NCBI RefSeq assembly: GCF_037042905.1
Contig: NC_087252.1
Location: 12,278,001 to 12,342,000 of the forward strand
DNA length: 64,000 nt
From: Lytechinus pictus
Lineage: Eukaryota
Direction: 5' to 3'
The translations under genes were made by a program, and so were the position numbers. The notes beneath the pieces are model-generated. The model was not told the origin of the DNA, searched no databases, and saw nothing but the letters and a program-made list of their open reading frames with translations. This document shows positions 49,689 through 61,420 of this stretch, piece after piece (the stretch's first letter is position 1; each line of letters begins with the position of its first letter).

Positions 49689-52600
49689 TTATTGGGAAAT
49701 ATTAATGTAAAGTAGATCGTTTTCTGTGACCAGGTCTTCTGGATCTCTTTTGGTCGATGAAGAGGGGCTAGCGTTCTCCTTCTGATGGGTTTCCATGACA
49801 TCATAGTCGAGTGATGCATAGACAGTACCTTCTCGAGATCGATCCAGGGCTGGTCTTGGATAGCGCACGCTGTTATGGGAAATATCGAGGTAAATCATAC
49901 CATCCTCATCTAATCGCTTGGTAACTGGTAACGCCACAGAGGTTTCTTGAATGACGTCCATCTTCCTTGCGCCTTTGTCATTTGATTTATTTGCGGTTGT
50001 TACGACAGATTTTTCGGTTACCGTTTCATCGGCATGATCAGTTTCGGACAAGCCCGAAACATGGGCAATGTCACTATCTCGATTTCGATCAGTGCGGACT
50101 AAGCTGTCTTCATTGGGCATCGCAGGGCTTGGTATGTTTCCATTTGTCTTGAGGGCGGTCATTGCTTCACGGTCGAGAGATGCGTAAGTTATGCCGCCTG
50201 TAAATCTTCTTTGAGTTGGTAATGGGCGGTCGGTACGGTCGTGTGAGAGATCGATGTAAACTAACCCATCTTCGTTCCTCTTCTGGGAGGTGGATGCTAT
50301 GTCAGGAATTACCGGCTTAAACTCCTCCTCATCTCCTTCTGCCACACTTTCTACCCTTTGGTCTTCATTGTCCCCTTCAGGTTGAACTGTGGTATTGTAT
50401 GTGTGAGTTATTCGGGGTTTGGGAATCGCAGGTAAAGCTCTGACGGATAAGTTATGTTCTTGTTGACTGATGTTGCTAGACACTTGATTCCCATCCACCT
50501 GTATAGTTTTTAGGAATATAAAATAATATACGGAAAACAAATCTTAGTGATTCTTGGTCATTTGCTTAAGCATTAACATAACCTTGTGCAATTCAAGTAA
50601 GATTTTATCCGTATATGAAATGTCTTCTAAAGTACAAACTGAGCTTTATCTTGCATTCACAATTAAGAAGAACAATATGAAGGAGATGAAAAATTATAAG
50701 AAATAAAACGAAATAATAAAACGAAAATATAAAGAACGTTTTACAGGGAGTATAAGTAGGCTAGTCAAAATCATCTCATAACGAAAAGTCGTAAGACTAG
50801 TAGTAGTAGTATCATTAGTAGAAGTAGTAGTAGTAGAAGTAGTAGTAGTAGTAGTAGCAGCAGCAGCAGGAGTAGTGGTAGCAGTAGTAGTAGTAGTAGC
50901 AGCAGCAGAGGAGTAGTAGTAGAAGTGGTAGAAGTAGTAGTAGTAGTTGCTGGGGCCAGTTTCAAAAGTGGGTGAGGTGCAGGTTGGTCATACTACAAAA
51001 CACAATCAGAACGTCATTCCTTCGTTTTAAACTTTTTCATTGAAGAAAAAGGGGCTGAAGCACACTGTTAGAAAACGTATCCTTAAAATAAAAGAAGTTC
51101 CTACAGCAGAGTCTCGAGAACACCTGTAATCTTACCAGATTGCGTAATCTTCCATTATATCATGTAAAATTACAGGAAATTGGTATTTGGTTTATGGAAC
51201 CTTACAAATATCCTTAAATAAAACACAATTTTCCCCTTTTTAAACATACCTGTTCTGTTAAATTGCAGAAAGAATCCTGTTTTATGAATTTCAGAATGAT
51301 TCTGTTGTTGCTTTTTGCAAAATCTTGGTTTTTTTTCTGTAAAATCAGGTTTTTTTTAACAGTGCACCCCCTCCCCTTCCGGGGTGCCTGAGTCGTGAAT
51401 ACAAAAGTTCTTTCGGGAAGTGCATAATAAAAGTATACACGTTATTATTTGTCTTACCAAGGTCTGGGAATCTCTTGGTCGACTAACTATTTCTGTTCTT
51501 GGATTATCTGTAAAGGAAATATCATTTTGCGTCATTGTTCTAAGAATTACATCATACACCATATTAGTCATACCCATATATTTTCTTGTATTATTCATTT
51601 CTTTTAATGTATCTATATCTTGAGAATGGGAGGTGTTGTGTATACTGACTAATCTTTCCATCTGATAATAAAGTACAATTTCATTCTAATAGGCTGTTGA
51701 ATAATGTATTTCCTTCAGCTGTATTTAAAAAATATTGAGTTAAAATTACCTGAATACACTTTATTCATGATTTTGTTCTCTAAAACACTTGTACCTTAGG
51801 AATGTAACAATTTGCCTTACTTCAACATTTACAGCACTCAAGAGAGCGAAAATAGAGAAAGGAAGAGGTGAAAATAAAAATGTAAATAACAGAGAGGGTG
51901 GAGAAATGGCAAGAACAAGAGATAAAAATTTAAGGATGGATTGAGACAAAAAAATTTCCAGGGACGTCTTCAACTCTTTATGCATGGTAAAAAAAGCAAA
52001 CTGAAAAGAGTAAGGAATTAGCATTGCGAAAAGTTTACAAAACGAAAACTATCTAGAGACAAAGGGCAATTAATTTGCAGAAACAACAAAACATGTTGCT
52101 TGTGACTAGTCCTAAAACTCACCGGTCTTCTTGATAAAGAAACAACGTCTTACAGAGAACAGCAGCCCCAATGAGAGTAGCAGGATGACAATAGAAGCTG
52201 CTACCACACACCAAATGATGCCCAAGAAAAACGGAATTTTTGATGCTGCCGCCTCTGCATTAAGGAGGTCATAAGGGTAGCAGTTGATTCATAGTAATAA
52301 TGATAGCAATACTAATTATGGTTAGTAGTTAATGAAAACAAACATACCTCGTACGCATCTAAGCTATTACAGATTTATCATTAACCCGGTCATCATATTC
52401 CATTTGGCATTCCTGCACACAATGTGTGTACTCCACTCCCTAGAGACCACTCATGCAATTCCCCATTTAGGCGCACATGATTTTGGACAAGGTACAATTA
52501 GATTTAAATCCCACCGTGTAGCCATTTATCACATGGGTGGAGAGTGGCAAAGTGTGAAGTAGCACCTTGTCAAAGGACGCGAGGCCATGGTGGAATTCGA

Positions 52601-55600
52601 ACACACGTCCGTCTGAATACAAGGTTCCATACATGAAAGCTTTATCAACAGCAAATTTAATTTAAAAATTAAAGGAAAAGCCCACTAAGAATAAGGAAAC
52701 GGGTGCTGAAAGTCTCGAGGAAGTCTCTTCTGTTTTACGTTACTTACTGCATCACACTTATAAAGAGAAAGTGGTGATAATTGGTTAAAAGGAAGTGGAT
52801 AACTTTTCGTTTGTTTTTTCATATAAGTATTGGTATGAGTATTCACTTGTTATTATAAAAAAGAATGTCGGTAAAATGTCAAAAGGAAATGGTTAGGTTA
52901 ACATGTTTAGACAATCATCACCGATGACAAAAAAATGAAGGAAATCTGAAGGAAATTATATTGAAAGTGGTTTAAGTAAACGATTGAAATTACAGTTTCT
53001 TTGTCGTATCATCTGACAATAATATAGGTAAAAGGTCGCGAACGCTATTTATATCTTGTCAAAGGCGATTTGCATTATAGCATTCCCTTGATACATATAC
53101 TTTCACAAAAATAATGGGTACATCGTGAATTCTGGTACTGAAATTCATAATATTAATTGGAGAATATCGAGGTCACATCCTTGTTCATTTGCCATCTTCC
53201 CCTCCTCTAAAATGACCCGGTGCTACCGCTGAATATTGACACTTAAAAGCCACATTTGTTTGTTTGTTTTTTAATAGTAGATTTTCCTTGGTTGGTATGC
53301 ATGAGTGGAAATTGATTTACAGACACAAATACAAGAAATATTGTTGTTTTGCATGTTTTGCGAAGCCTTCCTTGCTTACATTGTCTAGGAAAAAAATGAA
53401 TTGTTTAATACGACGGATACTAAGTACAATTTCACGAAAATATATCCATGTCTTGCTAAAGGTATAAGAAAATACATGGAGCCCTAACCTATCATGCCTA
53501 TAGAATTTGAAGGTTCACTGCACAAGCCCCTGCCAAAGGTCACCACCGCTAGGTCATCATCCGGGTCTATGTCGTTGACCTTAGTGCCAGGGTCAAAGCA
53601 CTTTGTTTCATTCAGAGAGGAACATTCGGACCTATTCCGCAAGATGACAAAGCAAAGGTCCTCTATGGGTTGGTCTGTATTCGAAATGGTCAAAATTTCC
53701 TCCGATTTTTTCCGGGTGATATATACTCCTATATTAATTAGGAAATAAACAGAAGACAACGTGGTCAAGGAATCGTACGACTATACACAGTCATCTGTAA
53801 CAGGTTGTCGTGTAAAAATTATCCAAGATAAATGAACAATGAAAGATGAGACTATTATGAGCTCGCCTACTTATACACTTTTAACTTTGCCATAATTATG
53901 AGATAGAAGTAATAACACATAACTTAATAAGCATTGTTATGTATGGAATGGGTTTTCCATGATATGTTAACTAACCATGTATAGGAATTTTATTTTTACC
54001 TTATTTAGGGGATGTTTTTAAATATAATTTCACTTCGGGGAGGGAAATAAAATATGCGTTTTAAAAAAAAACCAATATATATATATATACATGTATATAC
54101 ATCGTGAATTCTGGTATTGAAATTCATAATATCAAGTGGGGAAAATCGAGGTCACATCCTTGTTAATTTGCCATCCCCCCCCCCCCCACCCCTCTAAATT
54201 GATATTAAGTAGGGAAAATTAGGGTATTGAAATTCATAATATTAAGTGAATATATTATATTCATCACATTTCCTGTTGCAAGATACATTATATCAAACTC
54301 TATACTTACCATATTGTATTGGTGTTAATGCTGTCATGAAACATGGAACGGAGATGGGAGCAAATGAACCGATGGAACAGAAGGAATAACATATCAAAGA
54401 AAAAAAGGTACGTTTAAACATTAAAAATCCAGGATATTCATATTTGTTATACTATACAATAAATATTGGCATATGTTTACATTCTAAAGGACTGTATCCC
54501 AAGTCGAATAGGGATAAAGCACATAGCCCCAGCAAAAATTCCTTTAAGCATATCCTTGATAAATTACATGATTTTTTTTTAGTAGTCTGAGGAATGATTT
54601 CTTGGCATTTATGATGTGAACGTTTACAAATCAATATATATTCTGCAACTTTCCATATTTATCTTTAAGTTATATAATTTCAAATTTTTATATCCGTTCC
54701 GTATATTATTAATTCAGTTATTAAGCTTATATTGTTTGACGTATATATTTTGTATTGCTTTTTATCTTGAGAAATGAATAAATAAATGATGGGTTAATGA
54801 GAAAGAAAAAAATGGATAATATAAAAAAAATAATCATACGTGCTGTAGAAGCAACGATCTTCCTCTGACTGCTATTTCCCGCGCTGTTAGCAGACCACAA
54901 AATAATTTCGTAACGGGTGTATGGCTTTAGACTCCGTAGAGTATAATTTGTACTATTTATGCCTGTTTGATGATAACACTCTTCGTGATCCGGATCTTGT
55001 TTTTCGTGTGTACAGCATTGAAGGGCATGGGTTTGTTGGACCCCGCCATAGAAGCCCGGTTGCCAGGCGACAGTGATGGTCGAAAATGTCGTCTGCTTTT
55101 GATGTACTATAAGGTTAGATGGCGCCTGTGGAGTAGCTGAAATGAAATATGAATAAGTGGAATATCTGCATTATGTCTCATCACTAAATTTTTGATTCTC
55201 GAAAAAGGAATGCAAACAAATTGTTTCTTTAAACGGACAAAGAGTTGAATAAAGCCATTTAACACACCCAATTACCTCTAGATTACAGGGATTCAATCAA
55301 TCAAAGGACAAGTCGGACTCTGGATTTTGAATGTCGAAAGTTTCAAACTAAAATATTTCAAGGGTGAATATAAATCCATTGTTGGACCGGTGACCAACAG
55401 CTGTCGACTGTTGAGGTTTCAAATCTAAGACAATTTCAATTCAATCTTATTTAATTGAACTTATCGATTTCTCCAAATTTTGGAGAGGTCAATGAGAACA
55501 ATATATTAGATTGACCTTCAACACGTCCAATTTTAGAGGCTTTGATAGTTCAAAAAAAAATTCAATGAAGTATAGGTTTTCATTGTAGCTTATTATATTT

Positions 55601-58600
55601 AGGCAAAAATGTGGTGTTATATTTACAAGCAAATGTGTAGTTGATAGCCGAGCTGCCACGACCAAGATTCGTTGACGCTTCGCACTTATATTTCCCTTGA
55701 TCAGACGTAGTAACATGTTGAATGGTTAACTTGCTTGAGGATGTTGTATTCCCCTCGTGATGATCAGTACGTTGCTGTTGGTGTCCATTGCTGGCGTCCA
55801 AACTTGACCCGTTACGAAACCAGGTGAATTGGGAGGCAGGCGGGCTGGCATCTGATCGGCAAGTGAAAGTAACATCGGTGACCAATTGCCGAAAAGTAAG
55901 TTCATGAATGACAGGCGGATCTGAATTTAAGAGGGGTTGTAGAAAAGGGGAGAAGATACGGAGGGATCAATGAGGAGGAAGGACTGAGAATAACACGACA
56001 GAAATATGACAAGGGCGAATTTGTCGAAAGAAATTTGTAGCGTCAGAGAAAATATTGTAGCCGAACCGACTTTCTCTCCTGACGAGCTGGTTCGTTTCGG
56101 CTGCAATATACAACCAGTTGGTGTAAAGTCCGTCTTTTTTCCACCTCTGACTCTTTGCTCCTTCTCAGTAACTTAGATGAAATCTCATGTATTGCAACAT
56201 CTCCGTTATTCCGTATCTCCGTTTCCTCAGTTATTCCAGTATTCAGTATTTCCGTAATTCAGTATTTCGGTATCTCAGTAATGTCAGTACTTTCAGTATC
56301 CTCACTCATCTCAGTATTTTAAGAATCTCGGTAATCTCAGTATTTTCCGTATTCTCACTTCTTCTGGTCAGTACTTTCAACACTTTCGTACTTCGGCTCT
56401 TCCGACCATGTATACTGTAGCTTCGTACATCAGAATAACAAGTAAGCAAGGCATTCAGTTTTTATAACTTTACTGAAGAAATCATGCTCATCCTGTCGCA
56501 GCAGGTTCCGATGAAAATTGAACAGAGTTTCGGCCAGAAACCTATTACTGCCAAGCATAGCGCTTGGCTCATAATCGAGCATGGAGCCCGATTATGCTCA
56601 ACGATTAAGGAGGGAAATTGCCAAGCCGTAAAATTTAATCATCTTTTTAAAACAGTTAGGGTCATGAAATAAATCTTTACAACAACGGCATTGTGTATTA
56701 TCTCTACTATTTATACCCAAACAGTTAAGAACAATTAACAAAAAATATTTAACATAACCATACAGTTGTAAACATCGTTATTTCTCAGCAAATAGTGATT
56801 AGATACACTTTAACGAAAATACCTACATAATCTATTACAAACGATTACTGAATTTCCCTATGCAACTATATACATGGATTAAAAATTGTTCTACGCTCTT
56901 CACTGTTACGAAACCATGCTAGACATTAAATAAACCTTTCATTTCGTTACAATATGTTTAAACCACAAGAATACCAATGAATTGAACCGAGTAGTCAGCC
57001 CTATGTTTTTTTGCAAGGAGCTATTCTTGATAAATTTTGATCATCATGATGAAATATGACCTGGGTCCCGTAACACAAAAATTAGCGATTAATCGTATGC
57101 TTGATTTCCACGATTGATTGTACATTGTAGTCACTAGCGTACCTACGGGGGGGGGGCAGGGGGGCACTCTGCCCCCCCTGACGAGCCACAACCCATACAA
57201 AATACATATCACTGCCCCCCTGATGAGCTTGAAAGACCTTTTTATTTTTTTATTTTTTTTTTTTTTGCTTGTCAATCTTTTTGGCGGCCGATTTTGCCTC
57301 CCCTGTGGAAAATCCTAGGTACGCCACTGATTGTAGTCATTGGAATAAATCGGAAAAAATGTTCTTTGATCATTGCTAAGTTTTGTGTTACGAGCCCCTG
57401 ATCAATAGCCATTACAAGGATGAATCTTAGATTGCACTGAGTTACATGAATCTTTTCGCAATAATGAATTACATACTTACAAAGAATGTCAAGAGTCTTC
57501 CGAGCTTTCTGAGACTGTCTAGGTGAAGCAGTGAATGTCATTTCTTGTATGATTTCACATGTCAGGTTCCTTCCATTGTCCGATTTCGCTGGTGTAAACT
57601 CGAGTACACTCGTGATGTCAGCTCTTCCATGGTCACTAGGTATTTGATTTGGCCAAGATTGGTTGGTGATGTTCCTGGATCCTATATACCAGCGGATCAA
57701 AGGTTGTGGGTATCCATTGTCTGTTGAGCAGGTGACATTGGTAACATCGCCCTCCACCAGTTTATTAGGGAAATGTATCTCTGGAGGGTCCGAAGTCTCT
57801 GAAGAATTATAGTTCAAGAAAAAGAGAACACCGAAAAATTGTTAAATTGGGCATATTTTCTGGTGTGTGTGGTAAATTAATTATTATATTTTTGCAACAA
57901 ACCACAAGTTCTACTGTGAAATATTCCACCAGATACCCTGTAAATATTCAAAATTTACCCTGTAAATATTCAAAAGTCCCTCCTTATTAAAACGTATAAT
58001 ATAAATGTCCTTCAAATAGTTGGATTCCGTGGACATGATAGGCCTACCACAATGGCCAATAAAGAACCTGATAAATAATCTTCTTAAATATGTTTATGCT
58101 ATAATGAACATCGCTGAATAACTTTTCCCATATGACAATACATTTGAAGTTTATAATAATAAACAATTATTATATAGTTACATTTATATAGCACTTAATA
58201 CGTTGTGCTTCTAAGCGCGTTACGTGTAATTAAATTATTTTTACCCCGGTCATCAGATCTTTGTTTATACGGTTTATCATGTGAAATATGACCAAAGCAC
58301 AAATAGACGCCTCTGTTACCGTGATTACATACCATAAACAAGCAACCTCGCTTCTGTTTCAAGCTGGGTCTTGCCAACCCTAGCCAGACAGCGTAGAGCC
58401 TGATTATGGTGGCGCCTTGCTGGTTGAATTTGCATTACACTTGTCGTATCATAAAAGCTATCATCTACTGGGTTATACGTAAAGTGAGATGTGACGTCAT
58501 TGCTGATTTCGTTGGCGTTCAGTGTCCATGAAATATTGGCAACTGGACGAGACCCATTGCTGGTACATGTGATGTTGGTGAGGGTGCCTTTGAAGATGAT

Positions 58601-59701
58601 GATATTATGAACGCCGGTTCCATCGTCTCTGATCGGTCTTGATGGTATGGAGATCTCTACGGAAGTTGGTGGGGCTATAGACGAATTTAAAGCAAAATGT
58701 TCTGGTCATAGTGTAGGCTAGCTACCTTACACAGTTACATCTGAGCTCAGGAATAATATTTTTTCCCTTGCAAAGCATGGTAGCTTTGTCTCTGAAATAA
58801 GGATCTGGTAAGTAGGAATATTACAAATAAATTGCTTTTGGGGAAAAAGCTACAAAATATTAGGAATGAGTGTGAGGTTGTCCTCAAACAAAAGGGTTTG
58901 TGTTTTCTTTCTTTCTTACAAGTACGCATCCTAGAACGAATTGCAACAACAGTTTAATGGCATATTTGGGTGCAAATGGTGGTCTTGTGATTCGGGGTAC
59001 GGAATTGACTGATAAGAAATGAATCTACCTGAATAATATTTTCATATTTTCGAGGAAACAAAACCATTAATATCAAGCAATCGATTTCATAAATTCAGAA
59101 TGGGCAAAATTGTAATAATGAGATGATTTTTCTCTACCCAGCGTATTGCCAACATGGGCAACACTGTTTGCATGGTTTACGAGCTAAGATGCCTTCAGGG
59201 GAACGTTTCATGAAAGGACTTATCCGATATTTTGTCCTAAAAGTATGTTTTATTTGATAGTTGATGTGGTGACAGTCAGACATCGGTGCTTCCCAGTCAA
59301 GGAAAAATTGTCAGATCTGACCACTTGTCAGACGCTAATGCTGAGAAACGGTCGGCCGTGAAAATGGCTATTCATAATCATTACAAACTTACCTTCAACG
59401 TTGAGAAGAACTGATTTCTCAATAGGTTCGTGAAGTTGTGGATGCAACACTTTGCAAATGAGTCTCACTCCATGGGCATCCCTAGACGGTCTCAGGCTCT
59501 CCTTCCTCAAAGAGACGTAAGAGTTTTCTCTTATAACATTGGTCTGCCTCGTGATATACGAAAATTGTACGGACTTCGGGATGATCCACTGAAGTGAAGC
59601 AGGAGGTCTGGCGCCCTTAGCTATGCAGGTCACATCCGTGGTTTCATTGGCTGTCAAATTTCTCACCAGATCTCCTTTAATAGACACCTCGTTTGGCGGC
59701 A
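49689..59701 (-). CDS. Ig-superfamily ITIM receptor paralog D (signal and V exons not in the window): C2 59393-59701, C2 58333-58674, C2 57481-57798, I-set 55627-55920, FN3 54840-55136, microexon 54310-54330, Cys stalk 53489-53728, TM 52123-52254, 51750-51779, 51458-51507, tail 49689-50498
   Basis: All exons have AG/GT ends and compatible phases, with no stops found. Tail motifs LVYIDL, ITYASL, MIYLDI, TVYASL and LLYINI. Colinear with paralog C. Confidence 0.88.
51063..51364. mobile_element. CACTG-terminal (CMC/EnSpm-like) MITE
   Basis: CA|CACTGTTAGAAAA..TTTTTTAACAGTG|CA with a 2-bp TSD; absent from the matching intron of paralog C. Confidence 0.75.
56007..56665. mobile_element. Candidate solo LTR in a paralog D intron
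   Basis: GAAATA|TGAC..GTCAT|GAAATA, internal short CTCAGTA-type repeats, not present in the paralog C intron. Confidence 0.4.
57064..57397. mobile_element. MITE with CTG TSD, interrupted by an hAT-like MITE at 57132-57329
   Basis: Outer element CTG|GGTCCCGTAACACAAAA..TTTTGTGTTACGAGCCC|CTG. The inner element is flanked by a perfect 8-bp TSD ATTGTAGT. Confidence 0.8.
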
Positions 59702-60659
59702 CTGCGAGTTAATCATTTGAATCGTTATCAATATTACGGAATGAAACAGCAAACGCCCCAGGTTCTATGTAACTGATAAAAATGGCTGTCAGATTGAATG
59801 AACACGCTGGTGGGGTTTGGGGAAGGGGCTAGGCCCCAAGGTCTGGGCGATCGTCTAACATGTGAAATGCAATGACTATGCTCATTTGAAGAAAATGATC
59901 TCGGTCCTCTCTCCAGATGTGATGCTTTTTTTTTCTTGCCAGGTATTGGATTTTATAATTTATAACCCCTCCCCCTAACGGTCAGTCCTGCACCCCTCCC
60001 TGGATTAACATAGGAGTCAACAACTGGATTTTTACTTTCAAATAGTTTGTTGTCTCGGACGTATGTTGAATTGATCAAAGATGTGCTTTTTGACATTTTT
60101 TATCACGTCAGTTTACTACAAATAGTCAATGACTAACTATTCAAATGCATCACAATAACAGGTCTACTAATACGTAGCATATTAATCATGCTCACAAGAC
60201 TATTAATGAATATTAATAAAAGGGTAATTCTCAGAAAAATGCACCAATTGATGGGGGAATAATCGTAAAAATAAAGTCTACAGAATGGTTTGAAAGATGC
60301 ATATTGTGAAAGTACCATGTATGAGAAAGTGACAAAGAAAAGGGGCAAGTCGCTATTGCGTCAATTTAAAGTACTGACCGGATTAAATCAAGCACTGTAT
60401 ATCAAGATTATGGAGGTTAATCGTTAGCATTGCCCACTTATGTTACTCAATTATATCACTTTTGAAACGATTGAAATAGAAATGCACACAATTTAGTTAA
60501 GTGTGGTATTAACAATATTGAATAGTTTTCTATCTTGCAAGATTGAAAAAATATTTAATATTGTTTTTCACAAGCAGGATTTTAACAAATGACATTATAA
60601 CAAAAGTACCGTAAAAATTCATTGCACATCTTTCGTTCAGTTTAATGTTCATAATCTGA

Positions 60660-61420
60660 ATGAGGCAACCTTGAAATAACTTTTCATCTATAACCTGAGA
60701 TCCTAAGTAATGCATGACCAATTATGGGGATCCAAAGATAGTTTACCATGAAATCCTCCCGATTGCATTTACTCTTGTCAATCTTCGTTACGGAAGTTAA
60801 ATCAAGTTACAAATTGCAATATTTATTTTGCTAGCTAAAGAACATCCATATTTAGGTATTTGTATAACATTTTAAAATGATTAAAGATGAATGTGGAACG
60901 CACTGCTTAATTTTGCCACCCCTCCAAACAAAAATTTTAAAAAACAGAACACGAAACGGACAACTGTGATTTTTGTTGTCGTTCTTGTTCAAAGTTGGAA
61001 TAAGAAAACCGAATCCACAAAATTGTAGTTCATCATAAATTTTCTGGCCCAAAGTAATCTTAAGCAAGATCCTAAGCAATGCATGGCCAATTCTGGGAAT
61101 CCCAAGATATTTTACCATCAAATCCTCGAGTGGCATTTACCATTGTCAATCTTCATTACGGAAGTTGAATCAAGTTACATATTGCAATATTTATTTTGTT
61201 AGCTAAGGAAAATTCATATATAGGTATTCGCATAACCATTTTTAATAAATAAAGATAAAATGTGGAACGCATAGCTTAATTCTGCCACCCCCCCAAAAAA
61301 AAGTTAAAACAGAATAAGAAACGGACAACTGTATTTTTTGTTGACGTTGTTGCTCACAGTTAGAATGAGAAAACCGAAAAATCGGGCCACAGAATTGTAG
61401 TTCATCTTAAAAGTTTCTGG
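60660..61420. repeat. Diverged ~370-bp tandem duplication
   Basis: GATCCTAAG(T/C)AATGCATG..GAACGCA..CGGACAACTGT is repeated from about 60698 and 61068. Confidence 0.8.

Noticed and set aside
50771..50965. Poly-Thr/poly-Leu ORF as a mucin or TM exon
   Set aside because: It is the translation of an intronic (GTA/GCA)n microsatellite, and the frame is not conserved in paralog C.
56160..56400. Short CTCAGTA-type repeats as a CRISPR-like array
   Set aside because: Irregular low-complexity repeats without constant repeat/spacer lengths, in a eukaryotic intron with no cas genes.
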